64,000 nt of DNA from Patescibacteria group bacterium (GTDB taxonomy: Bacteria; Patescibacteriota; Patescibacteriia; 2-02-FULL-49-11), in assembly GCA_041645165.1 (NCBI GenBank), contig JBAZQN010000002.1, forward strand, positions 53,388-117,387, given 5' to 3'. Both the position numbers and the translations under genes were made by a program. Below the pieces are notes generated by a model. The model saw only the letters and a list, made by a program, of their open reading frames with translations, had not been told where the DNA came from and did not search any database. Shown here one piece after another: positions 1-8,409 of this stretch (its first letter is position 1; each line of letters opens with the position of its first letter).

Positions 1-12
1 AATACCATGATA

Positions 13-621
13 TTACCGCACCCATCTGCTGTTCTGCAAAAAGCTTTTTCTGTGAAAAACAGTTAACCCAAAATCCTTCACTGCCTTTTGGTGAGTCTTA
101 GTGCCATATCCTTTATGGTCGAAAAACCCGAACTGCGGGTAGAGCGCATGCGCGGCGCGCAGGAGCTTATCCCGAAATACTTTCGCGAATATGGAAGCAG
201 CGGCAATCACTGCTTCCCGCTCATCGCCTCGGACGAGAAACGTGGCAGGGTAAGGAAAGTGCGACACCGGCAACCCGTCCACAAGGACATGCTCTGCCGT
301 GATATATAACCCTTGCAGTGCCCGCACAAACGCAAGCCGATTCGCTTCCACAATCCCGAGCGCGTCTATTTCCCAATGGTGGACAATGCCGTAGGACCAT
401 TCGATGGCGTACTGCTGAAGCTGGTACGCAAAAAATTCGCGCGCCTCGGGGGTAAGCTGCTTTGAATCTTTTAAACCTGCAAGCTTAAAACGAGAAGGAC
501 ATATGACCGCGGCGGCTACAAGCGGCCCTGCCCATGCGCCCCGCCCCACTTCATCAAGTCCAATCACGCGCCCGCGCGCGGGAGAGGCTTGTGCGGCACT
601 CCATTTACTCTGTAGCAACAT
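13..621 (-). CDS. rnhB: Ribonuclease HII
   Basis: N-terminal GLDEVGRGAWAGPLVAAAV matches the RNase HII catalytic motif (G-x-DE-x-GRG), and the roughly 200-aa length fits. Confidence 0.85.
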   Translation of the reverse strand: MLLQSKWSAAQASPARGRVIGLDEVGRGAWAGPLVAAAVICPSRFKLAGLKDSKQLTPEAREFFAYQLQQYAIEWSYGIVHHWEIDALGIVEANRLAFVRALQGLYITAEHVLVDGLPVSHFPYPATFLVRGDEREAVIAAASIFAKVFRDKLLRAAHALYPQFGFFDHKGYGTKTHQKAVKDFGLTVFHRKSFLQNSRWVR

Positions 622-654
622 ATGCCTAAAGGAAACACAAAGTGAGCGCAGAAT

Positions 655-845
655 ATACTAAGCTGCTAACCTAATTCCGATTACGTCATCCCCGACCGGG
701 ATCGGGGATCCAGAAAAAACATAAAAAACGATCGATTTTCTGTTTGTTTTTGTTATCTAGATTCCCGCCTGCGCGGGAATGACAATTGGGAAAACGGAAT
801 TGTAACAGCAATTGAGTATACACACCATCACACGCTCAATTATAA
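655..845. repeat. Dispersed intergenic repeat family A, copy 1 (about 190 bp), with a conserved 8-bp hairpin (ATCCCCGA-ccggga-TCGGGGAT at 688-709)
   Basis: Aligns with 8135-8330 (gctaacctaattcYgatWa...atccagaMaaaaaac and a similar downstream part). The hairpin is retained by compensatory changes in the other copies. Confidence 0.7.
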
Positions 846-849
846 ACGC

Positions 850-1509
850 CTATGCTATGCGGTGTCTGAAAGATTCTCTGATAATCTGCAGTGATGATTG
901 AATTACAATAAAAGCTATGATAAAGCCAATCATGACATCTGGCCACATTGAGTTAAACCTCGCCACCAAGAGGCCGGCTATAATCACTCCAATATTTGCC
1001 ACTATATCGTTGCGGGAACAAATCCATGCCGATCTCACATTTAAGTCCTTTGCCTTGTGCTTCAAGAGAAGCACAAAAGATATGGTATTTGCCGATAATG
1101 CCAGCAATCCTACCACGGTGATAGTTTCGGCAATGGGGATTATAGGATTGATGATTTTATAAATATTTTCACCAACCACGAAGAGCCCTAACACAAACAT
1201 GATAATGCCTTTTATTAAGGAGCCTTTGGCGCGCACGGATGGGTGTTTGGTAAGCACTGCGATACTGACTCCGTATACAAATGCGTCTCCCAGCATATCC
1301 AACGAGTCAGCGAGCAGCGCGTTTGAATGCGCGATGAACCCGCTTACCGCCTCCACGGCAAACATTCCTAAATTTATGAAGAACACGAGAAATAAAACCC
1401 TTTTTAAGGTTTTGCCATCGGCGTTATTGAGGTCAACCGTGCAGCAGTTGTCTTCGTGTTGAAACCCTGTGGACATAAATTGTTTTTTGTGTTTCCTGCC
1501 AATAGACAC
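850..1509 (-). CDS. Cation diffusion facilitator (CDF, CzcD-like) metal efflux transporter, transmembrane domain only
   Basis: HSNALLADSLDMLGD matches the CDF TM2 signature. It has six predicted TM helices and is short, with no cytoplasmic C-terminal domain. Confidence 0.7.
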   Translation of the reverse strand: MSIGRKHKKQFMSTGFQHEDNCCTVDLNNADGKTLKRVLFLVFFINLGMFAVEAVSGFIAHSNALLADSLDMLGDAFVYGVSIAVLTKHPSVRAKGSLIKGIIMFVLGLFVVGENIYKIINPIIPIAETITVVGLLALSANTISFVLLLKHKAKDLNVRSAWICSRNDIVANIGVIIAGLLVARFNSMWPDVMIGFIIAFIVIQSSLQIIRESFRHRIA

Positions 1510-1534
1510 GCAATCAGGCGCTAAATAAAACGCC

Positions 1535-2230
1535 TTACTTTAAATCCTTCTTTTTCTCCTCAAATTCTTTCTTTTCTATCTCGCCTTTTGCATATCTCTC
1601 TTCGAGAATATCCAAAGCAGACTTGCCGCTCCTGCTCTCGGCTTTATTGTGGCCGGCTATCCACTTCACCAAAGCAATAATTCCCGCAATTACCAAGACC
1701 CAGAAAAGAATCATAAAAATCCAGCCAAAAGGCGCGAAACCAAAATTCACCATCGACAGAGGGGTATTCACATTATTTGGCGCAGATGAGCCTGACCAGT
1801 TACCCATCATACCGCTGCCAATCATCATTTGCATCATGCCGCTGTTCATCATATTTTGGGGGATCGCCGCGTTTGGCTCACATCCCGACATTCTTTTGCC
1901 CATCGCAACGTGCATTGCCTCCTCGCCTTCTTCGCCCATCATCCGAATCATCATATTATTCATTGCTTCATGGGAATCACCGGCCATCTGTCCCATAAAA
2001 TATTCGCCAAGGGCTCCAAAATTTTCATCGGTTAGATCTGCGCAATTCGACTCTCTTGCTTGAAACTTTTCCCAAATCGCTTTTCCCTCGGCTTCTTCGC
2101 GCGCGGTATGTCCATCATCACTTTGCGCCGCGGTGTTATTGAAACCCATCATACCTTGGGCAAGTGAGGGCATTGGAAGAGCGAGGTTGAAAATAAAGAT
2201 CAAAATTGCAAGTGAAGGCAATTTTTTCAT
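1535..2230 (-). CDS. Secreted/membrane Met-rich protein with a C-terminal SHOCT domain
   Basis: Signal peptide; Met/His-rich tracts (MMNSGMMQMMIGSGMMGNW, MIRMMGEEGEEAMHVAMGKRM) typical of Cu/Ag-binding Met motifs; one TM helix; C-terminal ALDILEERYAKGEIEKKEFEEKKKDL matches the SHOCT motif. Confidence 0.5.
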   Translation of the reverse strand: MKKLPSLAILIFIFNLALPMPSLAQGMMGFNNTAAQSDDGHTAREEAEGKAIWEKFQARESNCADLTDENFGALGEYFMGQMAGDSHEAMNNMMIRMMGEEGEEAMHVAMGKRMSGCEPNAAIPQNMMNSGMMQMMIGSGMMGNWSGSSAPNNVNTPLSMVNFGFAPFGWIFMILFWVLVIAGIIALVKWIAGHNKAESRSGKSALDILEERYAKGEIEKKEFEEKKKDLK

Positions 2231-2232
2231 AA

Positions 2233-2556
2233 TTAGAAGGTTAATACTTTATCGCATTCTTGCACTATGGCGTATAAATCTTTCATACTACTCATGGGGC
2301 AGGTAGTGGTCGCTTCCTGGTCCCTCAATTTTAAACAAGTGCCGCACGCCATAATGTGCGCCTTGTCTGACTTTAAAAAATCCGCCGCTTGTGCTTGAAT
2401 ATTGAACTTTTCGGAACTTGCTTTTTCATACTCCACCCCTTCTCCCACAAGAAAAATTTTAACCTCATCGCCCTCTTGAAGAGCGAAATTTGCCAAACGA
2501 AAAGCGTTCCACACGGTCTCCGGATTTGTTTGGCTGATGATGATTCCCAGTTTCAT
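2233..2556 (-). CDS. DsrE/DsrF-like family protein
   Basis: About 107 aa with MKLGIIISQ...LVGEGV...MACGTCLKL, consistent with the DsrE fold and its conserved Cys. It is adjacent and co-oriented with the Met-rich protein and the CDF transporter. Confidence 0.55.
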   Translation of the reverse strand: MKLGIIISQTNPETVWNAFRLANFALQEGDEVKIFLVGEGVEYEKASSEKFNIQAQAADFLKSDKAHIMACGTCLKLRDQEATTTCPMSSMKDLYAIVQECDKVLTF

Positions 2557-2589
2557 AATAGTTTTGGTTATTTTTAGGTTCTTCAGACA

Positions 2590-2865
2590 TTTGTGTGGGG
2601 GTCATCGACTCGCAGGCTCCGCACCCTCAGAAAGACCCACTGTGTCTCTCTAGAGCCCCTCTTAAGATAAGAGGGGTGAGGGGAGTTATGAGTGAACGAG
2701 CAGCAATAGCGCTTAATGTGCGCGGGATATGCGAAGTTCCACGAAGACAAACCGCGGGCTCGGCTTAAATGAAAGTGAGCGAAGTGGCGAGTATCCTTTA
2801 AGTTTACGCGAAACGGAACGAAGAGCGGGCGGTAGACTGTAGCCGCATACACGCTGTTATGTGAT
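2590..2865. ncRNA. Candidate structured non-coding RNA (unclassified)
   Basis: A roughly 280-bp GC-rich island with AT-rich flanks and no credible ORF. It has several perfect hairpins (for example CCCCTCTTA-aga-TAAGAGGGG) and short stretches resembling RNase P CR-IV (ACAAACCGCGGGCTCGGCTTA) and tmRNA elements. I could not fit a complete model of either. Confidence 0.25.
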
Positions 2866-2907
2866 GTAAATTTTATATATTTTTTTGAATAAAAACAAAT
2901 TTTATTT

Positions 2908-3897
2908 TTATTTTTTCATAATCTTTAATTCAGGTAAAGTAACCTCCCGCTCTCTTTCTGCTTCGTATCCAGTTTCCCTTTGCCACCTGTTAAGATGCTC
3001 TCTAATGTACTCTTGTTTTTGCTCGTCGGTTAAATGTAGTCGTGGGTATACGTCAACTTCAAGATATTCAGCATCTTCCCATTCATCTTTTTCAATCCTT
3101 CTATTACTTCGTGAGATTATTTCTGGTAAAGTGTGGGAAGTGATAATTTTTGGCTCAAGCCAGTCTTTTGTATGCTCTGCGTAGGGACGTAACCCACGTT
3201 CTTGCTCGGTATCTAGCGTTGGCAGCCTAAATACTGTCGTCTGAATATACGGTTTTTGTTCGTTTACCTCGCGGAGGTATTTCTCCATTTCTCGCTTGGC
3301 AATACAAAAAGAGCGTAAATGTTGTAACTCCGAAGGGTGTTTTTCATATTCATTTTCAACAATTGAACCAAAAGCAACAAATTCACATGATAGTTGTTTG
3401 CCTTGTTTTCGCAACTCTGTCATTTTTTCATCAATCGTTTCTATAATCCTTTTTGTAAGTTCAACATTTGATTCTCTCACCTCATCGTCTATTCCATCTC
3501 CGTCGTTGTCAATCTCGGGTTTCCCATCTAGCTCGGGTTTAAATTTGCCAACAGTATGAATAACAATAATCCTTTTGTATTCATTAAGGTGCATTTCAGA
3601 TAGAGCTTTCTCTAAACTTCCTTTGTTATTGAAGTCAACTTCTAAATAAGTTACGTCGTCCTCTGAAACGAGTTTCTCGCCAGTTAGATCTCTCCTATGT
3701 AGGCCGATTACTCTCTTTTTGTCTTGTGCGATGTCAGAAAAAGTTTTCAAATACTCTTGGGCTAGGGCTCCTTGAGCTCCTGTTATAACGACAACTGTTT
3801 CTTCGGGCAGGCCGCTCAAACTCCTAACAGCCCATTCTTGTTGTTGGGTATATTTTGGATCGCGTTCTTTTTTTGTAAGTGGGTATCTTTTTTTCAT
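2908..3897 (-). CDS. NAD(P)-binding Rossmann-fold (NmrA/atypical-SDR-like) domain protein with a charged C-terminal region
   Basis: VVVITGAQGALAQEY resembles a TGxxGxxG dinucleotide-binding motif. The C-terminal half is highly charged. Confidence 0.4.
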   Translation of the reverse strand: MKKRYPLTKKERDPKYTQQQEWAVRSLSGLPEETVVVITGAQGALAQEYLKTFSDIAQDKKRVIGLHRRDLTGEKLVSEDDVTYLEVDFNNKGSLEKALSEMHLNEYKRIIVIHTVGKFKPELDGKPEIDNDGDGIDDEVRESNVELTKRIIETIDEKMTELRKQGKQLSCEFVAFGSIVENEYEKHPSELQHLRSFCIAKREMEKYLREVNEQKPYIQTTVFRLPTLDTEQERGLRPYAEHTKDWLEPKIITSHTLPEIISRSNRRIEKDEWEDAEYLEVDVYPRLHLTDEQKQEYIREHLNRWQRETGYEAEREREVTLPELKIMKK

Positions 3898-4032
3898 TTG
3901 TGAGTTGTTTTATATTCCTATCTTAAATAAAATTTCTAGCCTGATTTCTTCCGCAAGGGGGAATTAATGAGGTGAATGCGGAAGACGCCAAAACACCTTA
4001 GTATTTTATCATAATGTAACGAGTACCGTGTT

Positions 4033-4992
4033 TTACTTCCCCAACGCTTCGATTATTTGTTTATATAGACCGTTACTATAATCCTTAATTTCTCCACGCT
4101 CGAATGATAGATCGGCAATAGATGAGCCAGTTCTGAATAATGATTCTTCTTCTTGTTTTTTCTCTGCCGGTTCAATGAATAACGCATCGCCTCTATAGAA
4201 TAGTCTATAGCTTACATTCCCGTAAGATACCTGCGCTTCATGTCCGAATTTTAACTTCTTGAATTTTCCGCTTGAGACGAGTGAGTCAATGCGAGGTTGT
4301 AACTGTCGTAGGTATTCTTTATCCTTCTCTTTTTGTAAACGCTTTTGCTCTTCTTTCCATTTCTTTGCTTTTTCCTTCTCTTGAAGTCCTGCCTGAATTT
4401 GTTCTTGATTCGGTAATTTATTCATGAATTGCTCCACGTCAGCCAATGAAAGTTCCTTGAGATACCTTGATTCTCCTTTTTTCGGTATGTATCCCATCTT
4501 GCCCAACTCTTGATTCAACTCTTGATAAGTCTTAAGAGTAAATGAACTGTCAGGTTGTTTTAGAGCACTCGCAAGTCCAAAAATTTGTGGACCTCCCTGG
4601 TTAAAATTAACATTGTAGTGAACATTATCTTCATCGGTTTTGAAACGGAATGTATCCAAATTATAATTAATTTCTTTTCCTACATTGCTTGGGTTTCGCA
4701 TATATTCAAAGTCAAACCCTTCATAATTAACTCCTTTCCATCCGTCACCATACTTTTCCATAAGAGTTGCGACTTGTTCAAACCATTCCTTCATACGCTC
4801 GAGTATACGTTTTTCTACAGCTTCTTTAGATTCTTGCGATTGCAGTATTTCAACTGCCCCTTTTACCACCTTTGGTGTACCAGCAAAGAAGGCAGCTTTA
4901 GCAAAAGTTTCTAGGAATCCCCGCCTATTCGGATGAAGCTTTTCTTGTTTGTTTTGTTCATCGGTTGGTATCTCTTGTTCTCGTCGTTCCAT
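4033..4992 (-). CDS. Hypothetical protein (charged, coiled-coil-rich)
   Basis: Long ORF with a coding-like composition and no recognisable motif. Confidence 0.4.
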   Translation of the reverse strand: MERREQEIPTDEQNKQEKLHPNRRGFLETFAKAAFFAGTPKVVKGAVEILQSQESKEAVEKRILERMKEWFEQVATLMEKYGDGWKGVNYEGFDFEYMRNPSNVGKEINYNLDTFRFKTDEDNVHYNVNFNQGGPQIFGLASALKQPDSSFTLKTYQELNQELGKMGYIPKKGESRYLKELSLADVEQFMNKLPNQEQIQAGLQEKEKAKKWKEEQKRLQKEKDKEYLRQLQPRIDSLVSSGKFKKLKFGHEAQVSYGNVSYRLFYRGDALFIEPAEKKQEEESLFRTGSSIADLSFERGEIKDYSNGLYKQIIEALGK

Positions 4993-5488
4993 ACAAAATA
5001 AATCATTTTCGGCGCTAAGCGGAAAAAACTCCGCTTATTCCCCTCTGAAATATATATCACATAACTGGTTGATATCTAAACTTAGTGATAGATAACAACT
5101 GAAAATGACATGTTTTACTCCTCCGCGAAACTAATTTCGATTCCGTAGTAGCCGACTCCGCTAAAGTAGCCTTTGGCTACGACGGCAGGATACGCCGAGC
5201 AGACTTCGCCAGAGCAGCCTCTGGCTGCGTCGGCTGAAAGCTTATGATCCCGTATACTACCTTCATTTCTTTGCTGTTTCGCTACGGCGCATTATACCGA
5301 ATTTTCAGAAATAAGATAGCAAGGGGGTATATCTGGAATGTGCGGCTCTTATGAATGGTGATGAAGAGGCGCTTGCTTCCAATAATGACAAGGAAAGATT
5401 AAGCCTTCGGCATAATCGCGGACTTACGCAGAATGTTATCCCGCTTCGCGGGACCTTAATCGCGGAATAACGCGGAAATTAAATATGG

Positions 5489-6775
5489 CTACTTGATTAC
5501 CCCCTTTGCGCGCATGGCCGCCTCTAACCGCGCGAGCGCCAAAAGGTAGGCCGCGGTGCGGTAGGTCACCTTCCGCTCGCGGGCGATATCCCGCACCACG
5601 CGGTAGGATGAGAGCATTTTTTCCTTCAATCGGGCTCCCACTTCTGCCGCGCTCCAGCTCACTCCTTGTATGTTTTGCGCCCACTCAAAATAGGAAACTG
5701 TGACTCCCCCCATATTTGCAAGCACATCCGGCAGCACCATAATGCCGCGCCGTTCTAAAATGGTATCTGCCTCCGGCGTAGTGGGGCCGTTGGCCATTTC
5801 GCATACAATCTTTGCCTTAATTTTTTTCGCATTTTTTTCAGTGATGACATTTTCAACCGCCGCGGGCACGACAATATCCACATCCATAGTAAGGATTTGT
5901 TCGGGAGAAATCTTCTTATAATGCACGCAATCGCAGACTGATCCTTTGCAGTAGCATCCAGAGATCATTCCTTTTTCCTGCTTTTCCTGGAGTATGTGGA
6001 AAGGGTCCATGCCCGGTTCTTTCCCTTTCCCATTGTTATCGCAGATTCCGTTCCGGGAATCAGCGATTCCTACAATTTTATACCCGCGCGCGTGCAACGC
6101 TTTCGCCATTGCATACCCTACATTGCCGAATCCTTGCACCGCCACAGTCGTTTTCTTCGGGTCCATTCCCTTATCTCTCACATACTGATCAAGCACTATC
6201 GCGCCGCCTTCGCCGGTGGCCGACTCTCTGCCTTGGCTTCCTCCCAAAGGGATGGGTTTGCCCGTAACCACCGCAGGCGCGTGCTCTCCCGTCAAGAGTT
6301 CATACTCGTCCAACATCCATGCCATTATTTTTGCGTTGGTATTCACATCAGGCGCAGGCACATCCTGCCAAGGGCCGATAAACCGGTACAGCGCGCGCGT
6401 AAATCCGCGCGTGAGGCGCTCAAGCTCTCCTTCGGATAATTGTTTAGGATCCACTTTCACGCCGCCTTTCGCTCCTCCATAGGGAATATCCGCGATCGCG
6501 CACTTCATGGTCATCCAAAACGCAAGCGCCTTCACCTCGTTCTCGCTCACCACGGGCGCATACCTGATACCGCCCTTATAAGGGCCCCTAAGGCTCGAGT
6601 GCTGCACCCGATACCCCTCAAAAAATCTTGTGGCGCCGTCATCCATGCGCACCGGAATCGTGAAATTGAGCGTGCGCTCAGGGTACGTGAGCGCCTCAAG
6701 CGCCTTGGGGTCAACAACCCCAAGGCTTGCCGCCTTCTTTAATTGTGTGAGTGCTTGATTAAATAGATTGGCCAT
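5489..6775 (-). CDS. gdhA: Glutamate dehydrogenase (Glu/Leu/Phe/Val dehydrogenase family)
   Basis: KGGIRY and GGAKGGV motifs, the GFGNVG NAD(P)-binding loop, and a roughly 430-aa length. Confidence 0.9.
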   Translation of the reverse strand: MANLFNQALTQLKKAASLGVVDPKALEALTYPERTLNFTIPVRMDDGATRFFEGYRVQHSSLRGPYKGGIRYAPVVSENEVKALAFWMTMKCAIADIPYGGAKGGVKVDPKQLSEGELERLTRGFTRALYRFIGPWQDVPAPDVNTNAKIMAWMLDEYELLTGEHAPAVVTGKPIPLGGSQGRESATGEGGAIVLDQYVRDKGMDPKKTTVAVQGFGNVGYAMAKALHARGYKIVGIADSRNGICDNNGKGKEPGMDPFHILQEKQEKGMISGCYCKGSVCDCVHYKKISPEQILTMDVDIVVPAAVENVITEKNAKKIKAKIVCEMANGPTTPEADTILERRGIMVLPDVLANMGGVTVSYFEWAQNIQGVSWSAAEVGARLKEKMLSSYRVVRDIARERKVTYRTAAYLLALARLEAAMRAKGVIK

Positions 6776-6783
6776 AAAATATT

Positions 6784-6912
6784 AATTCAAAATTCAAAAT
6801 GTCACCGCAGAAGCGGGATTCCGCATACCATTGAAACCAATGATAAGGTGCGGGACAAACATCAAAATGATGGAGTCCCGCGAAGCGGGACGAAATACCT
6901 TCATTTTGATTT
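6784..6912. repeat. Intergenic repeat family B, copy 1: GCGGGAC / GTCCCGC / GCGGGAC triple segment flanked by A- and T-tracts (terminator/attenuator-like)
   Basis: Near-identical to 39376-39515 (aaggtgcgggacaNNNatNNNatggaNtcccgcgaagcgggaNgaNataccttcattttga). The GC hairpin is followed by U-rich runs in both orientations. Confidence 0.6.
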
Positions 6913-8121
6913 TTAATTTTTTGATTTTGCATTCGCCAGAAATGCCTGCAAACCCTTCTCCAACACTGCCATCGCTATCTCCAAATCTTTTACCTTAAGC
7001 ACATACGCGATCCGCACCTCGTTCCTTCCCTTTCCCGGGGTGGAATAAAAGTCCTCTCCCGGCGTTACAAACACCGTCTTGCCCTCATGCTGAAATTCCC
7101 CCAGCATGAATTTCACGAAGTCCTCGCTGTTCTTCACGGGAAGAGTGGCCATGAGGTAAAAGGCTCCTTCTGGCTGGTGTACTTTCACGCCCTGCATTTT
7201 GCGCAATGCCCCGTACACCGCATCGCGCCTGCGACGGTACTCATTGCGGATATCATCAAGGTATTTTTGAGAACCCGTGAGGAGTGGATTCACCGCAATC
7301 TGCTCAATGGTGGGCGAAGAGAGTCTTGCCTGCGCAAGCTTTAAGGCATTCGCCATCACGTCCGGACTCGTGCTTGCGAGACAGCCGACACGCGCGCCGC
7401 ACAGGTTCATGCGTTTCGATGCGCTGTCCGTGAGGATGACATAAGGCGCCGCACCTGGAATTTCGTAAATACTCACTGTTTTCTTTCCCACAAACACCAA
7501 GTCGCGGTAGGTTTCATCCGCAATGATCCATAAGTGATATTTTTTTGCGACCGCCGCGACCCGCGCCAGTTCCTTGCGGGTGAATACTGCGCCAGTGGGA
7601 TTATTCGGATTAATCACCACCATTGCTCTTGTCCGTTTCGTCACTGCCTTTTCAATCACTTTCCGCGAAGGAAGATGATACCCGTTATCAGAAGAAAGCG
7701 TCACAGGCACGAGCTTGATATTAAGTGCCCCCGCATAGCTTTTATAGCTCGAGTAGAGAGGTTCAAATACGATAATCTCATCGCCGGGATCGCAGGTTAT
7801 CGCCATGGAAAAGAAAATCGCTTCGCTCCCGCCAGTGGTGATAAGGACATCCTTGGGGGCAAGAGGCAATCCGCGACGCTGGAAGTAGGTGGACCACGCC
7901 TCTTGTGCTTCGGCAAGACCCGTGGATGGCGCATAGGCAAGCACGCCCTTGCGCCATTTGGAAACCTCTTTCCAAAACGCAGTAGGAGCCAATAAATCCG
8001 GCTGGCCAATATTGAGCGCATACACTTTGACGCCGCGCTTCGTGGCAGCCTGCGCCGCGGGAAGGTACTTGCGGATAGGAGATGCGATCATCTCATTTGC
8101 GCGTTTAGAAATGGTAGGCAT
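6913..8121 (-). CDS. Pyridoxal-phosphate-dependent class I aminotransferase (aspartate/alanine aminotransferase-like)
   Basis: About 400 aa with an SASKRMNLCGARVG Lys-containing PLP-attachment region and the overall AAT-like fold pattern. Confidence 0.8.
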   Translation of the reverse strand: MPTISKRANEMIASPIRKYLPAAQAATKRGVKVYALNIGQPDLLAPTAFWKEVSKWRKGVLAYAPSTGLAEAQEAWSTYFQRRGLPLAPKDVLITTGGSEAIFFSMAITCDPGDEIIVFEPLYSSYKSYAGALNIKLVPVTLSSDNGYHLPSRKVIEKAVTKRTRAMVVINPNNPTGAVFTRKELARVAAVAKKYHLWIIADETYRDLVFVGKKTVSIYEIPGAAPYVILTDSASKRMNLCGARVGCLASTSPDVMANALKLAQARLSSPTIEQIAVNPLLTGSQKYLDDIRNEYRRRRDAVYGALRKMQGVKVHQPEGAFYLMATLPVKNSEDFVKFMLGEFQHEGKTVFVTPGEDFYSTPGKGRNEVRIAYVLKVKDLEIAMAVLEKGLQAFLANAKSKN

Positions 8122-8134
8122 TGCTTTAATGTAA

Positions 8135-8330
8135 GTATACTAGATTGCTAACCTAATTCTGATAATGTCATTCCTGACCGAGATCAGGAATCCAGACAAA
8201 AAACAAACAACAAATCGGTGTTTTCTTTTGGTTTCTCGCTGGAGTTTACCCCGTACCGCGATACGGGGCGGGAATGACGTTGAAAATCGGAATTTGAATA
8301 GCAATGCACTATAACACAGTGAATATATCT
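8135..8330. repeat. Repeat family A, copy 2 (hairpin ATTCCTGA-ccgaga-TCAGGAAT at 8170-8191)
   Basis: Aligns over about 190 bp with 655-845. It lies immediately upstream of the aminotransferase start. Confidence 0.7.
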
Positions 8331-8409
8331 ATTTAGACCTTGGGATAGCCGGCATCTTCGGCACATAGGCCATCCCGTCTCGCGGGTTCGCCCCAAAGCA
8401 GTTTGAGAC

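Noticed and set aside
2583-2852. 89-aa minus-strand ORF, and a firm call of RNase P RNA or tmRNA
   Set aside because: The ORF has no protein-like features and overlies the GC-rich structured island. Partial matches to RNase P CR-IV and tmRNA-like stretches could not be assembled into P4/CR-I or into a tRNA-like domain plus tag reading frame on either strand. It is therefore reported only as an unclassified ncRNA candidate.
5996-6742. Plus-strand ORFs of 147, 100 and 88 aa, plus others, inside the gdh locus
   Set aside because: They are antisense to a well-supported GDH gene, with Arg/Pro-rich translations typical of GC-rich antisense frames and no motifs.
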